Below are positions 21,529 to 30,213 of a DNA stretch of 64,000 nt, piece after piece; the first letter of the stretch is position 1; each line of letters starts with the position of its first letter. The stretch lies in contig JBNKUM010000024.1 in the NCBI GenBank assembly GCA_050298595.1, forward strand, positions 32,001 through 96,000. The letters run 5' to 3'. This DNA comes from Gammaproteobacteria bacterium. Its GTDB lineage: Bacteria; Pseudomonadota; Gammaproteobacteria; GCA-001735895. The position numbers and the translations under genes were made by a program. Under the pieces are notes generated by a model. That model was not told the DNA's origin. It did not search any database and was given only the letters and a program-made list of their open reading frames with translations.

Positions 21529-21963
21529 TTAAAAATCAATATTTCTGGAGAGTAGCTGCATTACCTCGCGCCAGTGTTTTTCGACCTCAGGTCCAACCTG
21601 CTGGAAAATCTCTGCAAACCTTCTACGCTGCTCCCCGGTCAATTGCTGCTCAAGTTCAGCACCGCGTTTAGTCAGCATAAGTCGCTTTATCCGTTTATCG
21701 AGGGTATCACTGCGATAATTAATATAATCCTGATTTATCAATTGCTTTAATGGACGATTCAGATATTGCTTACTGACCTGCAAAATCTTTAATAACTCGG
21801 AAATACTGCAATCTGGGTTACGCGCGATAAAATACAGCAGCCGGTGATGGATACGACTCATCCCCTCTTGCGCCAGGCGCTGATCGGGTTTTAACACCAT
21901 TGCTCTAAAGCCAAAGTGCATGGCTTCAAGCGCCAGATTTAATTCATGCTCTCTATCAGTCAT
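21529..21963 (-). CDS. MarR family regulator (PetP-like)
   Basis: HHRLLYFI, SKQYLNRPLKQL, DKRIKRLMLT winged helix; divergent from an ilvE-like gene. Confidence 0.88.
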   Translation of the reverse strand: MTDREHELNLALEAMHFGFRAMVLKPDQRLAQEGMSRIHHRLLYFIARNPDCSISELLKILQVSKQYLNRPLKQLINQDYINYRSDTLDKRIKRLMLTKRGAELEQQLTGEQRRRFAEIFQQVGPEVEKHWREVMQLLSRNIDF

Positions 21964-21978
21964 TTGAATAATTTTTAA

Positions 21979-22040
21979 GTCAACGGTATTGACATTATAA
22001 ATCCTGTAACCGCATAATAATAGGTCACTACTATTGACCT
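21979..22040. promoter_or_regulatory. Two GTCA-N7-TGAC dyads around a sigma70 promoter for the ilvE-like gene
   Basis: GTCAACGGTATTGAC (21979-21993) and AGGTCACTACTATTGACCT (22022-22040); TTGACA (21989-21994), 18 bp, CATAAT (22013-22018). Confidence 0.7.
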
Positions 22041-22053
22041 TTATGACTTAAAA

Positions 22054-22932
22054 ATGAATCACAATGCACTATGCTGGATAAATGAAAATATTCTACCTGC
22101 CGAACAGGCTCACATCTCAGTTTATGATCATGGATTACTCTACGGTGATGGCGTATTTGAAGGGTTACGCTTCTATCATGGTGCAACCTTTATGCTGCAG
22201 GCCCACCTTCAACGGCTGCAACAATCCGCACAGGCGATAGCACTAGAACTGCCTTATTCACTGCAACAAATCCAGCAGGCAATCGAGCAATTGATTCAAG
22301 CCTATCCGGGTGACGCTGGCTATCTGCGTCTTGTCGTTACACGCGGTGTAGGATCTTTGGGTATAGACCCACTTAAGTGTAAAAAATCACAACTCTTCAT
22401 CATTGCTGATGAACTTTCTGTCGTAAACACTCAGCATCTGGAACAGGGCATAAAATTGCATGTAGCCACAACCAGACGAACACCCGCAGCATGTCTTGAC
22501 CCAAAAATTAAGAGTTTAAATTATCTGAATAATATCCTGGCACGAATCGAAGCCAATCATGCCGGAATGGATGAAGCATTGATGCTCAACCTGAATGGAT
22601 ACGTCAGCGAAGGCAGCGTGGATAACCTCTTTATTATTTCCAATGGCGCCCTGAAAACTCCACCCTTAAGCGATGGGTTACTGGCAGGCATCACTCGTGA
22701 AGTGATTATCGATATCGCTCAGGAGATGGGGATATGCTGTGACCAGACTAGCCTCACGGTGAAAGATCTGCAACAGGCCGAAGAATGCTTCCTGACTGGC
22801 ACAGGGGCTGAGTTAATCAAGGTGAGTCAGATAGATCAGCATGTTTATAAAGCTCTGGAAAACCCCTTAATACCGAAGATTAGAGCCGCGTTTCAGAAGC
22901 GGATAGATCTCATTTGCCGTAAAGCAGGATAA
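22054..22932 (+). CDS. ilvE: Branched-chain amino acid aminotransferase (PLP fold IV)
   Basis: DHGLLYGDGVFEG, KSLNYLNNILA, EGSVDNLF, LAGITR, FLTGTGAE. Confidence 0.85.
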   Translation: MNHNALCWINENILPAEQAHISVYDHGLLYGDGVFEGLRFYHGATFMLQAHLQRLQQSAQAIALELPYSLQQIQQAIEQLIQAYPGDAGYLRLVVTRGVGSLGIDPLKCKKSQLFIIADELSVVNTQHLEQGIKLHVATTRRTPAACLDPKIKSLNYLNNILARIEANHAGMDEALMLNLNGYVSEGSVDNLFIISNGALKTPPLSDGLLAGITREVIIDIAQEMGICCDQTSLTVKDLQQAEECFLTGTGAELIKVSQIDQHVYKALENPLIPKIRAAFQKRIDLICRKAG

Positions 22933-22970
22933 CTGATAATTCTAATATTTATTTCACCATATTAGATCAC

Positions 22971-23756
22971 TCAATTATGGCGAATAAATAAATCATACAG
23001 TGTAAGAAAGATTTCGATCACAATTAGAATCACGATATACCATTCGACTCTTAATGTACGCCGGTCCTGTAACAGGCTGAGTAAGGTTTCTGCGGTAGAG
23101 CTGATCAACTCCAGCTTACGTTCCAGCGCCAGTTGTCGCTCGCCTATCTCATATTCATTTTCAAGATAATGCCACAGACGTTCCAGTTCAGGGTGATCCC
23201 ACAATACATCGGGTTTCTCACCCACCTGAGCGCGCCCAGTCATGCGGTGCTGTAATTGAAGCACCTCTCCAATATGGGTCAACAGATCGTTCGACCTACC
23301 CTGCAGGCGTCCGGTGCTGTGCATACGCTCGGCTAAGGGCTCTATACGATCAAATGCTTTCGCGATAGTATCTTCGTAATCATCCAGAAACACAGATTTA
23401 GCCAGAATATCAGCAACTACCTGCATCCTGGCGACTGACATATCGCGCATGATAAAACGCTGATTGTCCAGTCGCTCTTCCGCTTCAGAATCCACCACTA
23501 CCTCCAGAGATTCATTTCTGGGTGTCACAATGGATTTACTCACATAGGGTTGTAACAGAGTAAGGAATGCGTCTTCTGATTCAACGCGGGTATTAAAGAA
23601 AACAGCAGCCCCAAACCTGAATAACACGACATAACTATTTTCATCCAGCCCTATGGTGGTAGGATCGCGAGACAGAATTTTCATCTGTGTAATTCTTCTC
23701 GGCTCGATACTTTGTCCGAACAGCTGAGCACGCACATTAATTGTTGTCGATGACAT
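22971..23756 (-). CDS. RMD1/DUF155 family protein
   Basis: VLFRFGAAVFF, LAKSVFL..YE, KPDVLWD.PELE, ER..ALERKL, and C-terminal VEWYIVILIVIEI TM. Confidence 0.85.
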   Translation of the reverse strand: MSSTTINVRAQLFGQSIEPRRITQMKILSRDPTTIGLDENSYVVLFRFGAAVFFNTRVESEDAFLTLLQPYVSKSIVTPRNESLEVVVDSEAEERLDNQRFIMRDMSVARMQVVADILAKSVFLDDYEDTIAKAFDRIEPLAERMHSTGRLQGRSNDLLTHIGEVLQLQHRMTGRAQVGEKPDVLWDHPELERLWHYLENEYEIGERQLALERKLELISSTAETLLSLLQDRRTLRVEWYIVILIVIEIFLTLYDLFIRHN

Positions 23757-23804
23757 AAAAATATTCTCAAGCTAGATACTGATATCATGCGCTCGCTCAA
23801 AGCG

Positions 23805-23828
23805 ATGTTGCAATACAATTTGCAGCAT
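23805..23828. promoter_or_regulatory. Imperfect dyad upstream of the polyamine ABC operon
   Basis: ATGTTGCAA-TACAAT-TTGCAGCAT; arms match at 8 of 9 positions. Confidence 0.4.
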
Positions 23829-23932
23829 AAAATATTACATAAAATCAATTAAAAAACTCTGTACGCTAAAGCAGGAGGCCATTAACATATGCGCCTCGGC
23901 GCCATCCCGGCTCCTATTTTTCGGGGATCAAT

Positions 23933-25027
23933 ATGAACCGTTATCTAACTTTTTTCTCGTCTTTGGCTTTTGTTATTTCATCTGCAGTTCAAGCTGAATC
24001 ACCGACTGTAAATATCTACAACTGGAATGATTATTTCGCCGAGGATACCCTGCAACAATTTGAATCGACGACCGGGATAAAACCCGTACTGGATTTATAC
24101 GACTCTAATGAAACCCTGGAAGCCAAGCTACTCGCTGGTCACAGTGGATATGATCTGGTGTTTCCAACCGCAAGACCTTTTGCTGCTCGACATATCAAGG
24201 CCAAAATCTATCGGGCGCCTGAACGCAGCAAACTGACTGGCTGGAAAAACCTCGATCCACAGTTGATGCAGACACTAGAAGACATCGACCCTGGCAATAA
24301 ATATCTTGTGCCCTATATGTGGGGAACCACCGGTATTGGTATCAATAGCGTAAAGGTAAAACAGATTCTGGGTGAGGATGCCCCGCTAGACAGTTGGGCA
24401 TTGATTTTCGACCCATCGATCAGTTCAAAATTGAAAAGCTGCGGCATCAGTTTAATGGATGATTCCACTGAGGTATTTGCTGCTGCGCTGGCCTATCTGG
24501 GCAAGGATCCAAATTCAACCAGTAAAGCGGACATTCAGGCCGCGCAGGAATTAATCACTCAGGCCAGACCTAATATTCGTTATTTCCATTCCTCACAATA
24601 TATCTCTGATCTGGCGAATGGAGACCTGTGCGTCGCTCATGCCTATTCAGGTGATGCGCTGCAGGCAGGTGATCGAGCAGAAGAAGCCAAAAATGGCGTA
24701 GAAGTTTCCTACATCATCCCTAAAGAAGGCGCAGTGCTCTGGGTTGACGTGATGGCGATTCCTGCGGATGCACCTCACCCTGAACAGGCCATGGCTTTTA
24801 TCGATTTCATGCTGCAACCAAAGAACATAGCTGCCGCATCCAATTACGTGTATTACGCCAATCCCAATCTACCTGCAACCGAACTGCTGGATGAGGATCT
24901 GCGCAATCATCCCGGTATTTACCCCGATGCAAGCGTAAAACAGAAACTGATTGTTCTTAAAGAGCGTTCTGATAAGGAAATACGCAATATCAATCGCTTA
25001 TGGACCCGCATTAAAGCAAACCGTTGA
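23933..25027 (+). CDS. potF: Polyamine (putrescine) ABC transporter substrate-binding protein, PotF/SpuD-like
   Basis: NIYNWNDY, DSNETLEAKLLAG.SGYD, PYMWGTTGIG, YFHSSQYISDLANGD. Confidence 0.88.
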   Translation: MNRYLTFFSSLAFVISSAVQAESPTVNIYNWNDYFAEDTLQQFESTTGIKPVLDLYDSNETLEAKLLAGHSGYDLVFPTARPFAARHIKAKIYRAPERSKLTGWKNLDPQLMQTLEDIDPGNKYLVPYMWGTTGIGINSVKVKQILGEDAPLDSWALIFDPSISSKLKSCGISLMDDSTEVFAAALAYLGKDPNSTSKADIQAAQELITQARPNIRYFHSSQYISDLANGDLCVAHAYSGDALQAGDRAEEAKNGVEVSYIIPKEGAVLWVDVMAIPADAPHPEQAMAFIDFMLQPKNIAAASNYVYYANPNLPATELLDEDLRNHPGIYPDASVKQKLIVLKERSDKEIRNINRLWTRIKANR

Positions 25028-26172
25028 AGGCCCCGGGCATGGTTAAGGCAACCAGTCGCAGGATGGAGTCGTGGCAGGATCCATCCAGCCAGCCTTATGT
25101 TCAGTTAAAACGGGTTACCCGACAGTATGGGGATGTATATGCGGTAGATGATGTCAGCCTGGATATTTATCAGGGTGAGTTCTTTTCTCTACTGGGCAGT
25201 TCGGGCTGCGGCAAGTCTACGCTATTGCGTATGCTTGCCGGGCTTGAAATGCCCACCAGTGGACGTATCCTGATCGATGGTATCGATGTCACCGATGTCC
25301 CGCCCTACCGTCGCCCAGTCAATATGATGTTTCAGTCTTATGCGCTGTTTCCGCATATGTCGGTGGAGAACAATATTGCCTTTGGACTGAAGCAGGAAAA
25401 ACTCAGTGCTGAAGTTCGCAATGAGCGTATCGAACAAATGCTCAAACTGCTGCATATCGAGCCATTACGTCGTCGTCGGCCTGACCAGCTCTCCGGCGGA
25501 CAGCGTCAACGCGTGGCGCTGGCACGTAGTCTGGCTAAACACCCCAAGCTACTATTACTGGATGAACCTCTTGGCGCGCTGGATAAACGCCTGCGCGAAA
25601 ACACCCAGTTTGAACTGGTTAACCTGCAGGAAAAACTGGGTATTACCTTCATCACCGTAACCCACGATCAGGAAGAAGCCATGACCATGTCATCACGTAT
25701 CGCAGTGATGCATGACGGCCATATCGTGCAGGTGGATACCCCATCAGGTATCTACGAATACCCCAACTGCCGCTTCGTCGCAGGTTTTGTTGGTTCTATT
25801 AACCTGTTCGAAGGCAAGATCATTGAACGTAGTGAAGGTGAGACCATTATCGAAGGTACCGACGGAGAGCAATATCACATGAAGTGCCCGCACCCTCTGG
25901 CCATTGGATCACCGGTTGTCGTTGCCGTTCGACCTGAAAAAATCAGGCTGGCGCGTAATCCTGAGAAAGAAACCAACAATCAGATTAAAGGACTGGTTGA
26001 GGACATCGCCTATCTGGGCGATGTCTCGATATTCCATCTCAAAACAGCGTCTGACCGTAAGATTCAGATGACCCTGACCAATACTCGCCCCATTACCGAA
26101 CAAACCCTGACCTGGGGTGAAGAAGTCGTGATTGAATGGGATCCCGACGGTGGCGTGGTTCTGACCGAATGA
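25024..26172 (+). CDS. potG: Polyamine ABC transporter ATPase
   Basis: GSSGCGKS, LSGGQRQR, LLLDEP, TOBE C-terminus. Start may be a downstream ATG. Confidence 0.88.
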   Translation: MKAPGMVKATSRRMESWQDPSSQPYVQLKRVTRQYGDVYAVDDVSLDIYQGEFFSLLGSSGCGKSTLLRMLAGLEMPTSGRILIDGIDVTDVPPYRRPVNMMFQSYALFPHMSVENNIAFGLKQEKLSAEVRNERIEQMLKLLHIEPLRRRRPDQLSGGQRQRVALARSLAKHPKLLLLDEPLGALDKRLRENTQFELVNLQEKLGITFITVTHDQEEAMTMSSRIAVMHDGHIVQVDTPSGIYEYPNCRFVAGFVGSINLFEGKIIERSEGETIIEGTDGEQYHMKCPHPLAIGSPVVVAVRPEKIRLARNPEKETNNQIKGLVEDIAYLGDVSIFHLKTASDRKIQMTLTNTRPITEQTLTWGEEVVIEWDPDGGVVLTE

Positions 26173-27092
26173 GCAGCAATCTACGCGATCAGGTGGACAA
26201 ACTCTCCAGTGGTTGGGGGCGTCGCATCGGTATCGGCCTGCCCTATCTGTGGCTGAGCGTGTTATTCCTGTTACCGTTCCTGATCGTATTAAAGATCAGC
26301 CTGTCTGAACCCATGCTCAGTCAGCCTCCCTATACCCCGCTGACCAGTATGAGCGAAGACGCAGTGCTACAGATCAAGATCAATCTCGGCAACTATGTAC
26401 TGCTGAGTGAAGATGAACTGTATCTGGATGCCTTTATCAATTCCCTCAAGGTAGCTGGCATCAGCACGCTGCTGTGTTTATTTATCGGTTACCCCATGGC
26501 CTACACCATCGCGACCGCCAAACAACGCGCGCGGAATATGCTACTGATGATGATTATTCTGCCGTTCTGGACATCATTTTTGATCCGGGTATACGCCTGG
26601 ATCGGCATACTCAAGCCACAGGGTATACTCAACGACCTGCTACTGTCGCTAGGGCTGATCAGCGAACCGCTGGCTATCCTACATACCCAGTTGGCAGTGT
26701 ATATCGGCATTGTTTATTCTTACCTCCCCTTTATGGTATTGCCGCTTTACGCCAACCTGGCCAAACTGGATCACAGCCTGCTGGAAGCGGCAGCTGATCT
26801 GGGCGCGCGCCCAATCACTTCTTTTTTACGTGTTACCTTGCCCCTGTCACTACCCGGCGTAATTGCCGGTAGTATGCTGGTGTTCATCCCGGCCGTGGGA
26901 GAATTTGTGATTCCTGACCTGCTCGGTGGCCCCGATAGCCTGATGGTGGGTAAACTGATGTGGACCGAGTTTTTCTCCAATAAAGACTGGCCGCTGGCAT
27001 CTTCTTTAGCCATCTCTATGCTGTTCCTGCTGGTGATCCCTTTTATCGCGATGCAGCGACTGCACCAGCGCTTTGAGGACAGGCAGTCATGA
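26169..27092 (+). CDS. potH: Polyamine ABC transporter permease
   Basis: LPFWTSFLIRVYAW and EAAADLGA. Start placed at ATG 26169, which overlaps the potG stop (ATGA). Confidence 0.88.
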   Translation: MSSNLRDQVDKLSSGWGRRIGIGLPYLWLSVLFLLPFLIVLKISLSEPMLSQPPYTPLTSMSEDAVLQIKINLGNYVLLSEDELYLDAFINSLKVAGISTLLCLFIGYPMAYTIATAKQRARNMLLMMIILPFWTSFLIRVYAWIGILKPQGILNDLLLSLGLISEPLAILHTQLAVYIGIVYSYLPFMVLPLYANLAKLDHSLLEAAADLGARPITSFLRVTLPLSLPGVIAGSMLVFIPAVGEFVIPDLLGGPDSLMVGKLMWTEFFSNKDWPLASSLAISMLFLLVIPFIAMQRLHQRFEDRQS

Positions 27093-27880
27093 AATCGCGC
27101 CATTTGATGTTGGTAGTGGTAGCGTTTGGCTATGCTTTTCTATACATCCCGGTCATGCTGCTGGTGCTTTATTCCTTCAATGCATCGCGCCTGGTCACTG
27201 TCTGGGGCGGCTTCTCGATGAAATGGTATGGTGCATTAATCCATAATGAATCGCTATTGAGTGCTGCCTGGCTGAGCCTGCGCATCGCTACAGTAAACGC
27301 GACCTTTGCAGTGACTCTGGGCACGCTGGCCGCTTACTCACTCAGCCGTTATCGCAGATTTCGTGGTCGCACCGGTTTTGAGTTACTGCTAACCGCTCCA
27401 CTGGTCATGCCTGACGTCATTATCGGACTGTCGTTATTACTGTTATTTGTATCCATGGAACAGCTGATCGGATGGCCTGCCGGTCGTGGATTTACCACCA
27501 TCAGCCTGGCCCATATCACTTTCAGTCTGGCTTATGCTGCGGTGGTCATCCGTGGCCGAATTGGTCAACTGGATCCTTTACTGGAAGAAGCGGCAATGGA
27601 TCTTGGTGCGCGCCCGCTGACTGTTTTCATTCAAATTACGCTACCGCTGTTAACCCCGGCCATTATCTCCGCCTGGCTACTTTCGTTTACCTTATCGCTG
27701 GATGATCTGGTTATCGCCAGCTTCGTTTCAGGCCCCGGTTCTACAACCTTACCCATGTGGATTTATTCCAGTGTGCGCCTCGGTGTTTCTCCAGAGGTGA
27801 ATGCGCTGGCCTCGCTGATGCTCATATTTGTCGTGACTGCCGTTGTATTTTCCAGCCGACTGTTGAATAAAAAACAGTGA
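27089..27880 (+). CDS. potI: Polyamine ABC transporter permease
   Basis: YSFNASRLVTVWGGFS, EEAAMDLGA, LSLDDLVIASF. Confidence 0.88.
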   Translation: MKSRHLMLVVVAFGYAFLYIPVMLLVLYSFNASRLVTVWGGFSMKWYGALIHNESLLSAAWLSLRIATVNATFAVTLGTLAAYSLSRYRRFRGRTGFELLLTAPLVMPDVIIGLSLLLLFVSMEQLIGWPAGRGFTTISLAHITFSLAYAAVVIRGRIGQLDPLLEEAAMDLGARPLTVFIQITLPLLTPAIISAWLLSFTLSLDDLVIASFVSGPGSTTLPMWIYSSVRLGVSPEVNALASLMLIFVVTAVVFSSRLLNKKQ

Positions 27881-27895
27881 TCTGTTTGAGCGCTG

Positions 27896-28861
27896 TCAAT
27901 AAAGCCTCGCCATTTCAGTAATCACCGACTTTATTTTCTGCCTCAGGCTGTCTGGCTTTAGCACTTCCACATCGGCACCATGCTTCAGAATATCCATCAA
28001 TAACTCCGGTTCCTGACTGTAAGGCAATGAAAGGTAATAATGCCCGTCTTCATCAAAATGTGATTGCTGCTGTGGGTGCCATTGCTCCTGCGCTACCCAG
28101 CGCGAGCGTTCGGGGCTAAAGCGTAATTCAGCCCATTCAACCCTTGCGCCAGAAAAAATCCCATAGCCACTGCCCAGCTCCTTATCGAGCAGCGCCTCAT
28201 CCAGCTCTAAAGCGCTATCCGTCAGCACTTTCACTGCGCTGATAGCATCCACTGCAAAGCTACGTATCGCTTCGCGCTGATGACACCAGCTGTCCAGATA
28301 CCAGTTATCCCGGTAAAACGTTAAGCGCTGTGGAGAGACCACCCTGTCGCTGGACAATCCCTCACGTCGATTGAAATGGGTAATCTGTAGCTGTCGTCGA
28401 TTCAACAGCGCCTGACTGAGAATTTGAAAGTGATTATCACCCTGAATCAGTCGTGCCTGGCTGAGAATACGAATACGCCGCGTGATTTCATCCACACTAT
28501 GATCACCCTGATCCAGCAGGGCACGAATGCGCGCCTGTAGCGGTTGTATATGCTCCGACAACAGGCCCGGCTGCAGATTTTGCAGCCAGGCATTCATGGT
28601 CAACAATGCCTGTATCTCGCCCGTATTAAACCACAGACCGGGGAGCTGGTAGCTGCTATCGCCTGGCTGGCGCTGATAGCAATAGGCGCGATATTCACTA
28701 TCCCACACGATAGGTGCTCCCAGTCGAGAGCGCAGGTACTCCAGATCGCGTTTGAAGGTAGCTGGTGATATTTCCAGCGCATCCAGAAACTGCTGGCGAG
28801 TCACCAGTTGCGTAGTGCTGAGCATTTGATCGATCAGATGGAAGCGTTCTGTTCTATCCAT
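27896..28861 (-). CDS. WYL-domain transcriptional regulator (HTH-WYL-WCX, YafY/PafBC/DriD-like)
   Basis: N-terminal HTH (ISPATFKRDLEYLR), RVVSPQRL...NWYLDSWCH..REAIRSF, and WCX region (WHPQQ). Confidence 0.92.
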   Translation of the reverse strand: MDRTERFHLIDQMLSTTQLVTRQQFLDALEISPATFKRDLEYLRSRLGAPIVWDSEYRAYCYQRQPGDSSYQLPGLWFNTGEIQALLTMNAWLQNLQPGLLSEHIQPLQARIRALLDQGDHSVDEITRRIRILSQARLIQGDNHFQILSQALLNRRQLQITHFNRREGLSSDRVVSPQRLTFYRDNWYLDSWCHQREAIRSFAVDAISAVKVLTDSALELDEALLDKELGSGYGIFSGARVEWAELRFSPERSRWVAQEQWHPQQQSHFDEDGHYYLSLPYSQEPELLMDILKHGADVEVLKPDSLRQKIKSVITEMARLY

Positions 28862-28894
28862 TTATGTCTGGTTTCTAAAAAAATTTTTATCACA

Positions 28895-28927
28895 GGCTCA
28901 CCTGGCGAGCCACCAGGTCAGGATAAT
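28895..28927 (+). promoter_or_regulatory. Dyad (putative WYL operator) and -10-like box upstream of the divergent gene
   Basis: GGCTCA-CCTGG-CGAGCC at 28895-28911; overlapping ACCTGG-N7-CCAGGT at 28900-28918; GATAAT at 28922-28927. Confidence 0.55.
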
Positions 28928-28960
28928 AGCATGTGTTGAATCAATTACGAGGCCTATGCC

Positions 28961-29497
28961 ATGTCATTAATGAATACCGTTTTATTCAAGCTCTCTTCTT
29001 ACCTGCGCTGTCGCGTGATCACAGGTGAAAATCATCAACCCTATCTGGAACGATACCATCTGCTACGGCTACCTTTTGGCATACATATCTATCTGCACCG
29101 TTTTGTTGCCAGCGATCCCGGGCGGGCACTGCATAATCATCCCTGGCGCTCTGCGCTGTCGCTGGTTTTAAGTGGTGAATATCAGGAAACTCGATTAGGG
29201 GGCAGTAATACCGATTTCCAGCTGCAAACCCGTAATATCGCTGCGGGACGGATTAACTATATCAGTGGCAAAATCTATCACCGTATCAATCTTGCACCCG
29301 GACAGCAGGCCTGGACACTTTTTATCCACACAGCAAGTCATCGTAGTTGGGGGTTTCTTGATACTCAGCATCGTAAGTTCAGTTATACAGATCATAATCA
29401 GGCATTAAGTGCTGAAAGCAATCCACTCTGGTGGAAGACCGCATTACGCCCACTGCACAACCCACAGATGCGAGCCGGTCAGCAACAACAGCTTTGA
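28961..29497 (+). CDS. Hypothetical His-rich cupin-like protein
   Basis: PYLERY...IYLHRF..SD...LHNHPW...G.YQE...YHRI....WTLF; RBS GAGG upstream. Confidence 0.7.
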   Translation: MSLMNTVLFKLSSYLRCRVITGENHQPYLERYHLLRLPFGIHIYLHRFVASDPGRALHNHPWRSALSLVLSGEYQETRLGGSNTDFQLQTRNIAAGRINYISGKIYHRINLAPGQQAWTLFIHTASHRSWGFLDTQHRKFSYTDHNQALSAESNPLWWKTALRPLHNPQMRAGQQQQL

Positions 29498-29570
29498 CTT
29501 TATTGGTTTTAAGGCTTGGTGATATGATGCCATCTAATAGAAGTTGAGAATTATTAGTCACAGCAGCCTT

Positions 29571-30089
29571 ATGCCAATACCTGAAAATATTAAAGTGCTG
29601 GGTTTTGCCGCCTATAGCGGCACGGGTAAAACCACCCTGCTCAAGCAATTGATCCCCCTGTTGCGTGAACAGGGCCTGCGACTGGCAATTATCAAACACT
29701 CGCATCATGACTTTGAGATTGATCATCCCGGTAAGGATAGCTATGAGCTGCATCATGCCGGTGCAATACAAACCCTGATCACATCCAGATTCCGTAGTGC
29801 GTTAATCAGCGAAAATTCATCTCATCAGGAACCTGATTTTCTGAGTACATTACAGCAGCTTGACCTGAACAATATCGATCTGGTACTGGTTGAAGGTTTT
29901 CGCGATGACATAAAACTGCCTCGGATAGAACTTCATCGCCCATCTCTGAATAAGCCCCTGATTTATCCACAGGCAGAAAACATCATCGCTATCGCTAGTG
30001 ATACCCCTCTTCAAACCCATCTACCTTTGCTGGACCTGAACCAGATATCAGAAATCAGTAGTTTTATTTTTAACTGGTTTCAACACTGA
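29571..30089 (+). CDS. mobB: Molybdopterin-guanine dinucleotide biosynthesis protein B
   Basis: GFAAYSGTGKTTLL, IKHSHHDFEIDHPGKDSY, DLVLVEGF. Start moved to ATG 29571. Confidence 0.92.
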   Translation: MPIPENIKVLGFAAYSGTGKTTLLKQLIPLLREQGLRLAIIKHSHHDFEIDHPGKDSYELHHAGAIQTLITSRFRSALISENSSHQEPDFLSTLQQLDLNNIDLVLVEGFRDDIKLPRIELHRPSLNKPLIYPQAENIIAIASDTPLQTHLPLLDLNQISEISSFIFNWFQH

Positions 30090-30213
30090 AATTCATCAAT
30101 TTAATCCATTCAAATCTCAGATTAAGAAAGGAATCATAAATAAAGTCACATATCAGTACAAACCCATTCTTTTATGCTTTAATTAAAAAAATTGTACGCA
30201 GCGATGAATTTTT

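Noticed and set aside
23809-23824. TGCA...TGCA as an NtrC binding site
   Set aside because: Spacing is 8 bp rather than the 9 bp of the NtrC consensus, and no -24/-12 promoter was seen.
27896-29497. WYL gene as the marker of an anti-phage defence island
   Set aside because: Neighbours are pot genes and mobB; no nuclease, restriction-modification, BREX or CBASS genes are present.
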